This document shows, piece by piece, positions 1 to 12,000 of a stretch of 64,000 nt of DNA. This DNA comes from an uncultured virus (IMG/VR IMGVR_UViG_3300025789_000022). Lineage: Duplodnaviria; Heunggongvirae; Uroviricota; Caudoviricetes. The notes beneath the pieces are model-generated. The model was given only the letters and a program-made list of their open reading frames with translations. It searched no databases and was not told the DNA's origin. Where the stretch lies: IMG/VR virus record IMGVR_UViG_3300025789_000022; one strand, given 5' to 3'. Position 1 is the first letter of the stretch, and every line of letters begins with the position of its first letter. The position numbers and the translations under genes were made by a program.

Positions 1-3000
1 ACAATAACTGTTATTTCACCATTGGTTATTGCGCTAATCGGCTTTACATAACTGTTTGTCATACTATATACAGTAGTAATACCATCACCAACAAAATAAG
101 TTTGCTGTGGTGGAATTAAACCATTACCATTTAACTTAACAATTGAATATGCACTAATAGGTTCAGCATAAATTTCAGGATTACTTAAAGTAAATGTATA
201 ATCTGCTGGATATACAGTGCTTGAACTAGTAAAGAACGTTTGTTCATACAATTCTTGATATGCACGATGACCAAGTGCTAGTGCATACAGATGAATCTGT
301 ATATAATCTAGGTTATTTGGTGCGGTATCAAAGCGAACTGCAAGAACATTTCTACCATTTTCTAATTTATTAACAAGTGTCCAATTTGAAACAGCAAAAC
401 CATTTACTTTTACATATGCTTGTTGAACATCGGTTAATACATTATCATCTAATTCAAAGTCTGTACGAACACCATCAGCAAAGAATGAGGTATCGGTAAT
501 TGGGTTAATACCGTTGCTACCAAACATTATCACATAGAAGAAAGTGTTAGGTGATACAGTATAATTCAAGTTAATATTTTCTTGCAGCCAGTCTACGCTA
601 TAATCTACACCTTCTGCAAGTGGACCTTTAACTTTATCAAGTACCACAAACTTTTCAATTCCACCGATTGGGAATGAAACACCAGTTGTAGCAACCGCAT
701 AATCAATAAAGTTTCCACTGTTGCTTGGCGCAGTGAATACTTTAATATCCATGCTATTACTTCCAAGCGGCAGTGTCTTTACACGAATATCAAGTGTATC
801 AAATATTCTGCCAGGTATTAACTCTTCTGGAGCATGACTGCTATAGACATCAACGAATTGACCGCCGTCCACATTAATATCTTGTGGACGAAGACCAAGA
901 CCGCTATCCAAGAAGTCACTACGAATGTAGGTGTCTTCAGTTTGCGGACCATAAACATCAATAACATTTGCAGTATCGCTCGTGCTTAAGTCATATGCAA
1001 TCTTATCATAGTTTAAAACATCATAGCCAGGTGTTTGATTAAAATCTGGACCCTTGACACCAACGCCACCATATTCCATACCTAACATAACTTGCGCAAG
1101 ATCACGACCAGCCATGCCACTCTTTGGACTATAATATGCCCAAACACGATCTGCTGCATTGTCAAGCCATGCACCACTATAACTTGCTAGATTATTGCTA
1201 TCAAATATAGCACCGCTTGTAAAGTCAACAGTAGCAATATAACTTACTTTATTGTAAATTACAATATCGTTAAGTGCATACTGAGTTTGCGGATACCAAA
1301 CCTTAACAACTAGCAGAATAAACTTAGTAAAGTCAAATGTGCTGCCACTTGTATGGTCGGTTACAGTCTTATAAGGTTCGTGATTATATACTACAACTGT
1401 ATTAACTGCATAATGAGTATTTGCTGCCCAATCTGCAATACTATTGCTGTATGTATAACGATCAAACTTAATGTGTGTATCAAATGTACGTGGTAAACCA
1501 TTGCCAATAATAGGAATGATGATAGCACCTGTGCCTAAACCATGCACAACCGCACTCGCATTGGTATAATTTTTACCACTGTTTGTTACAACTACGCTAG
1601 AAATCATTCCACTAATAATAATAGGAGTGGCAGTTGCGCCATTTCCGTCGCCTAAAATCTCAACAGTGGTTGTTCCGCCGTATCCTGCACCACCATTAAC
1701 AATATCTACACGCTCAACACCATAAAGATGATTAGCAACCCATGGTTGATAAACTGCCTGAGTAGTGAGTGCAGTAGTATCAAGCACATTGTTTAATTGT
1801 GGACTACGATACTTGCCACTAGTAGTGCTATAATATGGTTGCAAGTCAAAGTCAGTAGTATTTGTATGCGCAATTTCAATAGCATTGCTGTTATCGTATT
1901 TGGCAACATATTGCTTTAACTTTGTGTGGAATGGTTTAACTTCACTGAAGAAACTGGTTACAATAGTTTCAGGCTGTGGAAGATAAACTGGCAGTGGGTC
2001 AAGTCCACGAACACGATGATAAATGTCAACGAATGAAGTCTTCATCAACCAGTCAGTTTGCAGATGTTGAGTAGAGATAGTATCAATCATTAACTTAACA
2101 AGTGTTTTATAATCACTGCGATATTCACTTACCATCAACTTGTCTTTAATAATATCAAAGATATAACCAAATTCAATAGCACTATCTGCAGCATAGGCTA
2201 CGTTTTCAAAACTACTGGTTTGCCAACCAAATCCGCTACTGTTAATATCATAAAGTTTTGCACTAAACTGTATTGTGGCATTTTGTTGTGCAAGAAGTTC
2301 AAGACCATTTGCATTTACAAGAACCCATTTCCAACCGCCATCTGTACTATTAATGATATAAATGATATCACCAACCAATAATGACAACTTAGTAATATCA
2401 CTTTCGCTGGTTAACGTATACTTTGGTAGAATATTAGCATTGAATTTGCTACTATACCAATCACCATAACTCCAGTATGCATTAACATCATATGTTTGGA
2501 CACGATAAACTTGCCAACTACGAACATTGGTTGTAGAATTTACTAATCTATACAGACCCCATCCACCAAGGGTAGAAATGCCCTGCGCAACAAGAACGCT
2601 ATCACCAATAGAATATACATTTGTGTCAAGATATCCTAACTCAGTTGTATTTTGTACACGTGTTACATAAGAATCACTTAGCGGTTCTGCTTCCGCAATG
2701 TTAAGTGCTTCAATGGTTTGCTTGCGAACAAGTTTAATAGGATTGATTGTACAGAAATTGTTTACCTGTTCAATGAATAGTTTCTTTGCAGTCGTTGCAT
2801 CACTGAATACACTCTGGCGAGGTCTAATAGCAGTGCCATAACGTTGAGCAATTGGTAATTTAACATCTGGAACTTGACGACCAGTGCTATCTTGCCCACG
2901 CAAACTATCATTAAGTTTGTTTAAGAACTCAACTGCAATGCCCAAATCTGTGCCATCATCAAATAACGTCCATTCACTATGAATCAATTGCGGCTTAATA

Positions 3001-6000
3001 GTATTCTTATATTCAATAACAATGTTTGTATCATTGGCGATAAGTGATTGCGCATTATAAAGAGCAAATGCACCTGTACTCATTACTGCAACAAATGGTG
3101 CAGCACTATTTCTTGGGAAAGCAATAGTGTTCTGTATTTCAAGTGCGCTTGGACGATTGTTATTATTGTTAGTGCTATTACGCACCCAGAAATAATACTT
3201 TGTTACGGCATAACCTGTACTCGGATCAACGATAACACGAGTGCTGTAAACATCATTTACAGTATAAAGTGGTGGAGTTAGTGGATGTGTAGTTGCATAA
3301 TCTTTAGGCACAACATCACTTTCAACCCATTCATATACTACAACTGAACTTGCTGGAAACGCTAGTCCCCAGAAGTTAAATCTATCAAGGGTGCTTCCTT
3401 GTGTATTATCATAATACTTTATACTGTTAGTATCCCACCACAGTTTACCAACATGTTCACTGCCCCAATTATTCTTACGATCATAAGAGAAACTTACTGT
3501 GCTTGGAACATTACTATAAACTGCTGGATCATAATTGATAATATAATCAAGATATGTTTCACTGCTATTTGGCAGATAACCATGCTGTAGGTCAACAATA
3601 GGCAAATCAGCAATCAACTTGCTAGTAGTACTATTATAGATATAAGCACGTTCAATTAGTCTGCTATCAAAATCCTGTGGCTGACTACGAATAGTTTGCC
3701 ATATTGGATTTGCGTTCTTGTTATAATAAACATACATCGCACCAGTTGGATTATTGAGAATATTTGCAGTTGGTGCACCCACCATAATAAAATTGCTAGA
3801 AATATCTACGCCACTTGCAAAACGCTCAAGTGAACTAGCAGTATTATGTGTAAGAATGGTGCCATAAACAAATGTGCCACTATCATTAACACTTTCTGTT
3901 GCACTTGGCACATATTCATAAAGATGAGCCGCACCACTGCGATATATTGTATCAATGAATCGTACACCACGACCATCAAAGCGTGTTAGCGCAGCATCAA
4001 ATGTAGTAGTAATCTTGTTGTTGCTTAGTGTAGAACCAATTACAAGTGAAGTAGAATCAGGGTTAAGTGATAAACGTTCACCAAATCTCAGAGTATCTTG
4101 TGCTAACGGCGCATAAATTGTTTGTGCCAATTGCCATTGCGCAATTCCCATAGTTTCTAAAACACTGCCATACTCATCACGCAGATGCAAATTGCTGTGC
4201 GCAACTTGTGCATCGCTGTTTATTGTAATTGTTCCATCATTGTTTGAAACTGCAGTGATGCCTGGTATAGCAGCAGCATTAATAGTGCTTGCTACTTGAT
4301 ATACATTACTGTCAAAATAAATGGGATCATATGGCGGTCTAAATGTTTGACCAAATGTTACAAGGTAATCATTAATACGAATACTGCTATTTGCAGCAAC
4401 AATAAAATTTGCGACTGTGCCAGTTACACTGCCATATTTCTTTGCTACATTAACATGCTTCCAAACAGAGCCGTTTCCACGTGAACCACTATTCCAACCA
4501 GGAGCACCTACGTATACTTCACTATTATTTGCAGAGATGCGTACTGTTTCACCATAATTACTGTCTACTTTTACAGTGTCAGTTTTTAAATTTGCAATAA
4601 GTGCAAATTGGTTTGTTTGTACACTGACCGTAGTATCAATTTGTGGATAACTGCTTAGTGTTACCTGATTTGTAGCATAGTTAAATGAAGCGGCTGTATC
4701 TATAATACCGTCTACACTTGCTATTGGGAAAGCAGTTAGATACGGAGTAGTAAGTGCCGCACTGTTTGCAAATGCGTTACTTAATTGGAAATTATTGACA
4801 GTGCCGCTTGCTACTAAATTTTCAATAGTGCGCTCATAGATATAAGTTAAACCACTGTTAGTAACATTGCTGTTTGTAATTGTACTATTTGGTGCACCGA
4901 TTGCTACAATTCTGCCATCACTGTTAGTATTAACACTAAAACCAAACCCACTTGCTTGTGTGTCAGTTGTAATTATTCTGTTTACTTGGCGGAAATATGG
5001 TTCGTATACAAGATTAATTGCTGCTCCGCTTGCAGGCGCAGTATAAAACGCAACGTTGTCATTACCTGGATCACGATAGTAGTCTAACTCAGGAACTTGA
5101 ATTACACCATTTACATAAACTTTAATGTCCTGTGAACGTAATCCTTGACCAAGGGCAGTAGCAGGATATGTAAATGTCTTACTGCTACCATCACCTACAC
5201 GAGTAGTTGAACTTGCTGCAACATTTGCATATTGATAAACAAATACTTGATTATTAACTGGCTCACCAACATATAACCAATTACCATCCGTACTCATTGA
5301 CATGCTAGTAGCAAATTTTGAACCTGGTGTTAAGTTACTGTAAATTGCAATACTACTATTTGCTGCAAGTGTCACACTGGCAACTGCTAAGTTTGTAGTT
5401 AACCCAAAATAATTAAATTGAGGACCAGTGCCAATATTAGCAATTTTTGTTCCACTTGGAATACCGCCGCCGCCAATACCCATGCCTGCGGCAAAGTTTG
5501 ATAGACTTGTTGCATTTGGAACCAATACATATGCGTTGCTTTGTGTGAAACCTGCACTTTGAACAACAGCGTTATCATAATGTATAATTTGTGTAACTGC
5601 GATTGACTGACTATTTGCAGTTGCAATATAGATAGAACCATAGTTTCCACCCGTCGCAGCAATTGCAGCAATGTTATTATTATTAATATCTACAGAAGAA
5701 CCAAAACTACGGATGCGACTATCTGGTGATAGACTTGCTACTTCTTGCCATACATTTTGTTGGTTCTTTCCATAAACAAATACTTCACCAGTAGTATTCT
5801 TACTGCTAGCACCAACGATTGCTACATTTTGATTCTTGTTAATCTTGATACTAGTACCAAAATTATCGGTATTAGTTGTAAAAACAGGACTCTTTGTTTC
5901 ATATAACGGATAGTTAGGTGTATTTTGCAGAACTTGATAACCACTTGGACCATTATCAATGTAAATTATTTCACCGTTGCTCCATCCACGTGCAGGAGTA

Positions 6001-9000
6001 TATGCGCCAAAATCACGTACTGTGCTATAACGAACATTAACAAGTTTGAATACTTGTGCTTTTAACACGCCACTAGACACACTTGTATTGTTGGTAACCT
6101 TTACAGAGAATACATTGCCACCAACACGACTCACACGGTAAAAACCACTCAAGTCACTAATATTACTGCCACCAACATTGCTTAGTCTTGCACCTTTTAG
6201 CATGACATAATCTAGCACAGCAAATCCGTGTGCGACATTAGTAGTAAATGTTAGTTCAGTTGGACTAGTCTGGTTTACATTTGTAACATACGCAGTACTA
6301 GTTTGTGTTAAACGATATACGCCCCATTGATTTGAACTATCGGCCGCAATCCAAATTTTACTGCTTTCACCAAGAACACCATTTAGATTACTGATATTAT
6401 AAATCTTAGAGATATCATAGGTTGTTAGTGCAACATCATTGGTACTTACTGGACCAGCATATGGAATAAGCGTATTGATATTTTCTGTCTTGGCAAATAA
6501 ATCTGTGCGATAAGTGTTTGGCGCAAGCAATAAATCTTGTGGCTTTACACTGTTATAAGTTGTATTACGTGCATCATTCTTACTAATGAACTCAAATAGA
6601 TACTGGTTATTAATAGCAGTGCTATTGCCAATATTAAACTCAAGTTTGTCTACATTTGAAGTGCCACCATAGTTACCTAATTTTAACGCCCACTGTTCAA
6701 CAAGTGTAATATCACTATCGATACGACTTTGTTTATTACGTAAGAATGCATTAACAACAGCCTGTGTACCTTTTTGAGCAATCATACCCAAATAGAATTT
6801 ATACTGAGTGGTACGATCTAATCCAAGGTCAGTTAAGTATTGACGATCTTGGAAACCTGTTGCATGCTTGCTTTGAATATCAGCACTTGTATTAAGGTCT
6901 GCTTCATCTGGATTATAGAAGTTCGTAAACTGCGCTGCGCCACTTGCCATATTTGGAATAAGTTGCTTGCTCAGTAAATTACCATTTATCTCATACCAAT
7001 CAGTTGCAACAAACTTAGGCTTGCCAGGTATAAAATTCTGTGCGGCATAATATTTGTTCTTAAAAAGAACAATATCACCAGTATAATAATCGGTATAACT
7101 ATACCATATATCAATATCGCTATAATTGATAAGGAAACCTGGCGCATAGAAACTGCCATTCCAACCCTGTGTTTTAGTTCCATCAAGGCGTAAACGATAC
7201 TGACGACTGCCTACTTGCTCATCATACAGAATATCATTGAATACTGTGCTATTATCAAATACAATACTGTGTTCATACTGCACAACAATAAGGTCAATAA
7301 GATGAATACCTTTTTGAGTATCTTTCAGTTCAACAGTGAATGTATTATCGCTACGATAAACACGATAGTCACGACCTGTTAAAACTGCACCATCACTATT
7401 GATAATCTTGGTTAGGTTATGATCGTTACTGATAGTATCAACAATACCATATGGACTACTAAATGTAATATTGGTTCCAGCAGGTGTAAGTGAAATAACT
7501 GTATTATCACCCCACTGTTGCTGATTCCAGAATAAAAATTCTTTTGCAGCAAGTGACCAATCGCTTATTGTGGCATTATCTGCAAGAGTTGTATCAAATA
7601 CAAATCCACTATTAGTAAGGTATCTTCCATAACTTATTAAGAAATCTACAACCTGTTGCTCAGTAGCAAATATAGTGCCATAAGCAAAACTTATAATACT
7701 ATTTTGTGCATCACGATAAACAATTGCAGTGCTATTGCCTGCTGAAATACCATAGTTATTTGAGTTAATAACACTTGGGATAGCCAAGAAATATGGACGT
7801 TCTTTATCAAATCCGCTAACCTGATATCCAGTATTTGTTTTTTGAACAACAACTGCACTGTATACTGCACGAGCAACTGGTGCACTTTTGGTTACTTTAA
7901 TCTGATAATTTTCTTGTGGAATTAATACACTTGTATTGGTGCTTTGTGGACTTACTTGATCAGCAACAACTGTAATATAACTCTTGTCAGTATAACCACT
8001 AAGTTTGTATACTAAGTTAAATGTACTATTGTTGGCTACATCAATCCAATTTCGTTGTGTATCTAAATTATTTGAGATTAATAGTTCACGAATGAATACA
8101 TTTAATCCAGGTATATATTGGTCAGCACCAGTTACCGCATAGTTAAACACACGATTATTGGATACAGTGTTAATAATTTGGTTAAGGTTGCTGTTGTAAA
8201 CAACATCATGTGTATTATACTTTAGTGCGCAATATTCTGCTGGTCTAGCCAAACACCAAGCAACTTGTGTAGCAAATGGATAAGCACTGCTACGACGCCA
8301 AGTAGTTTCTGCTGGACTTTGATCGCCAACACGCCATGCACCAGCAGCCGCATTTGCATCAAAACTGCGCAACACTGTTAGGTTTGGCGGAAGTAGGTTA
8401 CCATGCTCATCAGTTGGGATAATGCGACTTAAACCAGGTCTGCTGTAACGATAGTTAATATAACTTTTATTTGGTGCGCCATTGTAAACTAAGCCTAGTT
8501 CAAGATCACTCCACATCGTGGTATTTTGATTACTATATGGGCCAGGTCCATATTTGTTTTGCCACCACACAGGTTCACTTGTAAAGCCAATCATTTCCCA
8601 TGGAGCAGTGTGTGGACGATCAGTATCATAAAAATAATTGTAGATACCACGCCAGTAACCAGGCACAGTATCACCAAATATTTTGTCTGTGCCACTGCTA
8701 TAGTTAAAACTAAAAAGATTATTGCTAGTAGTACTATTAGTAAAGATATCAACGTTATTTTGCGTGCTCCATGTAAGGAAACTGCTGCTTAACAACTGTG
8801 TCCATTCTGCAAAACTATAATCAGTTTTACGGAAAGCACCTGGTTGCACACTTATTAAATCATAATCACTGTTATTTTGATATTCTACTGCAATATTATT
8901 ATAAACACGCTTTTCATATTCTAATAGAATATTATCACGGTAATCACCGTATGCAACATTATAACTGCCATCATGCCCTACTACTACAGTTTGTGGACCA

Positions 9001-12000
9001 CTGGCATATGTGTTATCTACTGTAATCTGTGGCTTAAACTTAGGATAAAGTCCAAGTTTTGAAGGAGTAGGTGGCACATTGCAGCCAAGAGTGCTACTAT
9101 ACTCATAGACATCAAGTGTATCCAAACGTGCGATAGTAAGAGAACTGGATAGCGATACTGTGAAATTAGTAATAGTATAATCAAAACCATTGACGAGCAA
9201 TACGCCATTTAAGTATACTAGCGCAGCAATATAACTGGTTGGCTTTGTAGAAAAATTAGTAGTTAGGTTAAAGTTTCTATAAGTTGTATCTTGTATAGTA
9301 TAGGTATTCTTAACATAATTGTTACCACCAGCAATCATATCGCTATAGTAAAAATTATTTGCACTATTGGCAGTAAGATTAAAATCTGCTAAAATAGTAT
9401 CTAAACACGCACGATAGTCGCCCGTATTACCAAATTGCTTTGTATTGATTGCATCTAATAATTGGTTTTTAAAGTTTTGATAACTCTGACTGGCAAAGTT
9501 GATTGCACGAACAGGATCAACATCTGGGTTAGAAAATAACAACGCAGCAGGACGCATACTTGCGCTATGTTGTAGCAGTTTTCCGCCAACATTATTATAC
9601 TTAATATCACGGAAGTTATTACTACCAGCAGGTGGTCCAATTAAATCTAGGCTATTATTACCAATTTCAATAAGATGATTACGAACTTGACCAAGTGTAA
9701 TTGTAGCAAATTCAGTGTTCTCACTATTGTTAGTAAGGTTTCTTGGCATAGTATACAATTGTTTATATACGGAACTAATGCCATTAATCTTAACGAACAG
9801 TCTATCACCTTCATTTAAGTTATTACTTAAATTTAAAATAGTAGTAGTTGCATTAGTAGTAATATTATAAGTGCCACTTGATTGCAGTACGCCATTAATG
9901 CTTACAAATAGATTTCTTTCATAATAACTGTTATTGTATACCACGTTCAAGTCAAAATTATTAAAACTTACCGCAGTTGCTGTAAATGTTTTAGTAATAT
10001 GCTGCTTACTCTTATCACTTACTTCTGTCCAACCATTTGCAAAAGTATAATTATTCCAACCAACAATAAAAGGTGCATAACCACTGTTAATGTTTACAAC
10101 AGTATCAATCTGATTTAAGTTGTAGTTAAATGTATCACTTACATAGTAATTTGAAAAAACAATATCACCAAGATTGCCAATACTTTGATATTTTAAACTA
10201 AAACCAAGTTCACTATCACGAGCACCGTTACCGATTGTATAACCAAATAGTTGACTGCCCTTAAAGTTACTACTTGGATAAGAAGCAGTATCACCTAGTA
10301 AAAAACCATTGCTATCTACAATATCAAATAGTGGAAACTGTGGTCTGCTGTTACGAATTTGTGCAGTGTTCCACACACCATCTACATAATAGAACATGTT
10401 TCCTTGATTGTTTATTCCATCTAGAGCAACAATAGCTTCACCGTTTTGAACGGTTTTATATGGTATAAGATTAATTTGATCAGCAGTATTATTAAATTGA
10501 ATATATGTGCCACTAGGTATGACATTTTTTAATTTACTACTAATATAAACAATATTATTACTCGAATCTATCTTAGTAATAGTTGTATTTGGATAGAATG
10601 GATTACTATCTGAGATTAAAGACCAACGTGTGTTATTTGGTGGAGAAATACCAAATGTATTAAAAGAAACCGTAACTCCCGTTCCGTCTCCAGTTACAGC
10701 ATTGCTTAAAGTAATAGTATTTGTATCTGTATTAATGTTTTTTACTATTGTACCAACAGGAATACGGCTGCTATTTCCTGTAGGAATATTTGTTTCAAAT
10801 ACAGCTTGTCCCGTTACAATTCCAAATGTACTAGCAACTGTTATGGTATTACTGTTGTTTGTTAGCGTAGCAGTAGTTGGCACAACGCTTGTGTCTACGA
10901 TAGTAAATGCTACATTCACGGCAGAGCCACTAGAAGATGCGTTATTGCTCAGTGTTACAGTTGTACCAGAAACATTAGTAACAACAGTTCCAAAAGGAAC
11001 ATATGTATCTAGTACATTAATCGGTTGTCCAATAGTAATACCCGTGGCGCTAGCTACCGTAATGTTATTGCTTGAAGCGGTAAAGGTTGCTGTAGTTGCT
11101 ATAGAACCTTGAATTGCAGTAGCACGATATGTATTATTTTTAAATGTTACATAATCACCAGTATTATAAACTGTACTATTATTATAAGGATTACTTCCAT
11201 AGATATAACTATTATTAAGAACAATTCCAGCAACTGCTTGACCAATACGCAAATTTGTAGTATCATTGATATAAAGTTGACTGGTGCCATCAGAACTATA
11301 TGCATAGGTAATAACATTATAAACAGCCGTGGCTCTTGTTTTAACAGTTTGAACCTGATATATGGTATTACGAACCGTTGGATTAGCATCGTTCTTGAAC
11401 AACACAGTAAAGCCATTTTGTAACTGAATACCATCAGTTATGAATACGCCATTGTTCTGTAGCGCATAGTTATTAAAACCTTCTACTTGTGCAAAGGCAT
11501 TGGTGATTGTGCTGTCCACAACAGTAACAGGACCAGCATAAGAGGTACCATGACTATAAAGTTTAAAGTCAGGTAGAAACTCTACAATAGGACGCTTTGC
11601 CTGGTAATTTGCATCAAATTCAAATGTTTGATTAGTTACATTTGCTGCATATTGTAGCACATCACGATGGAACCAACGGTTATTTCGACTCCAACTATTG
11701 CCATCTATGCTGCTACGGTTAATGGTAATATAATCTTTTTGAGTAGGATTGTTTGTGTTACCATCATATCCACCCGCATCATATCCTTCGCCGTTACCAA
11801 AGAAACCACCACTGGCGGCATTAATTGTTTCTGGTGTTACTAAATCAGCAAATTTAACAAGTCTAATAGCATTACCTACGCCTTCAACGATATATTCATT
11901 GCCGTAATAACCGCCAGGGGTTACTAGTCCAATAAATTTTACCTTTAAACCACTAGTAAATTGCACACCGTTTGGACTTGTATAATGGTCACGACCAATG

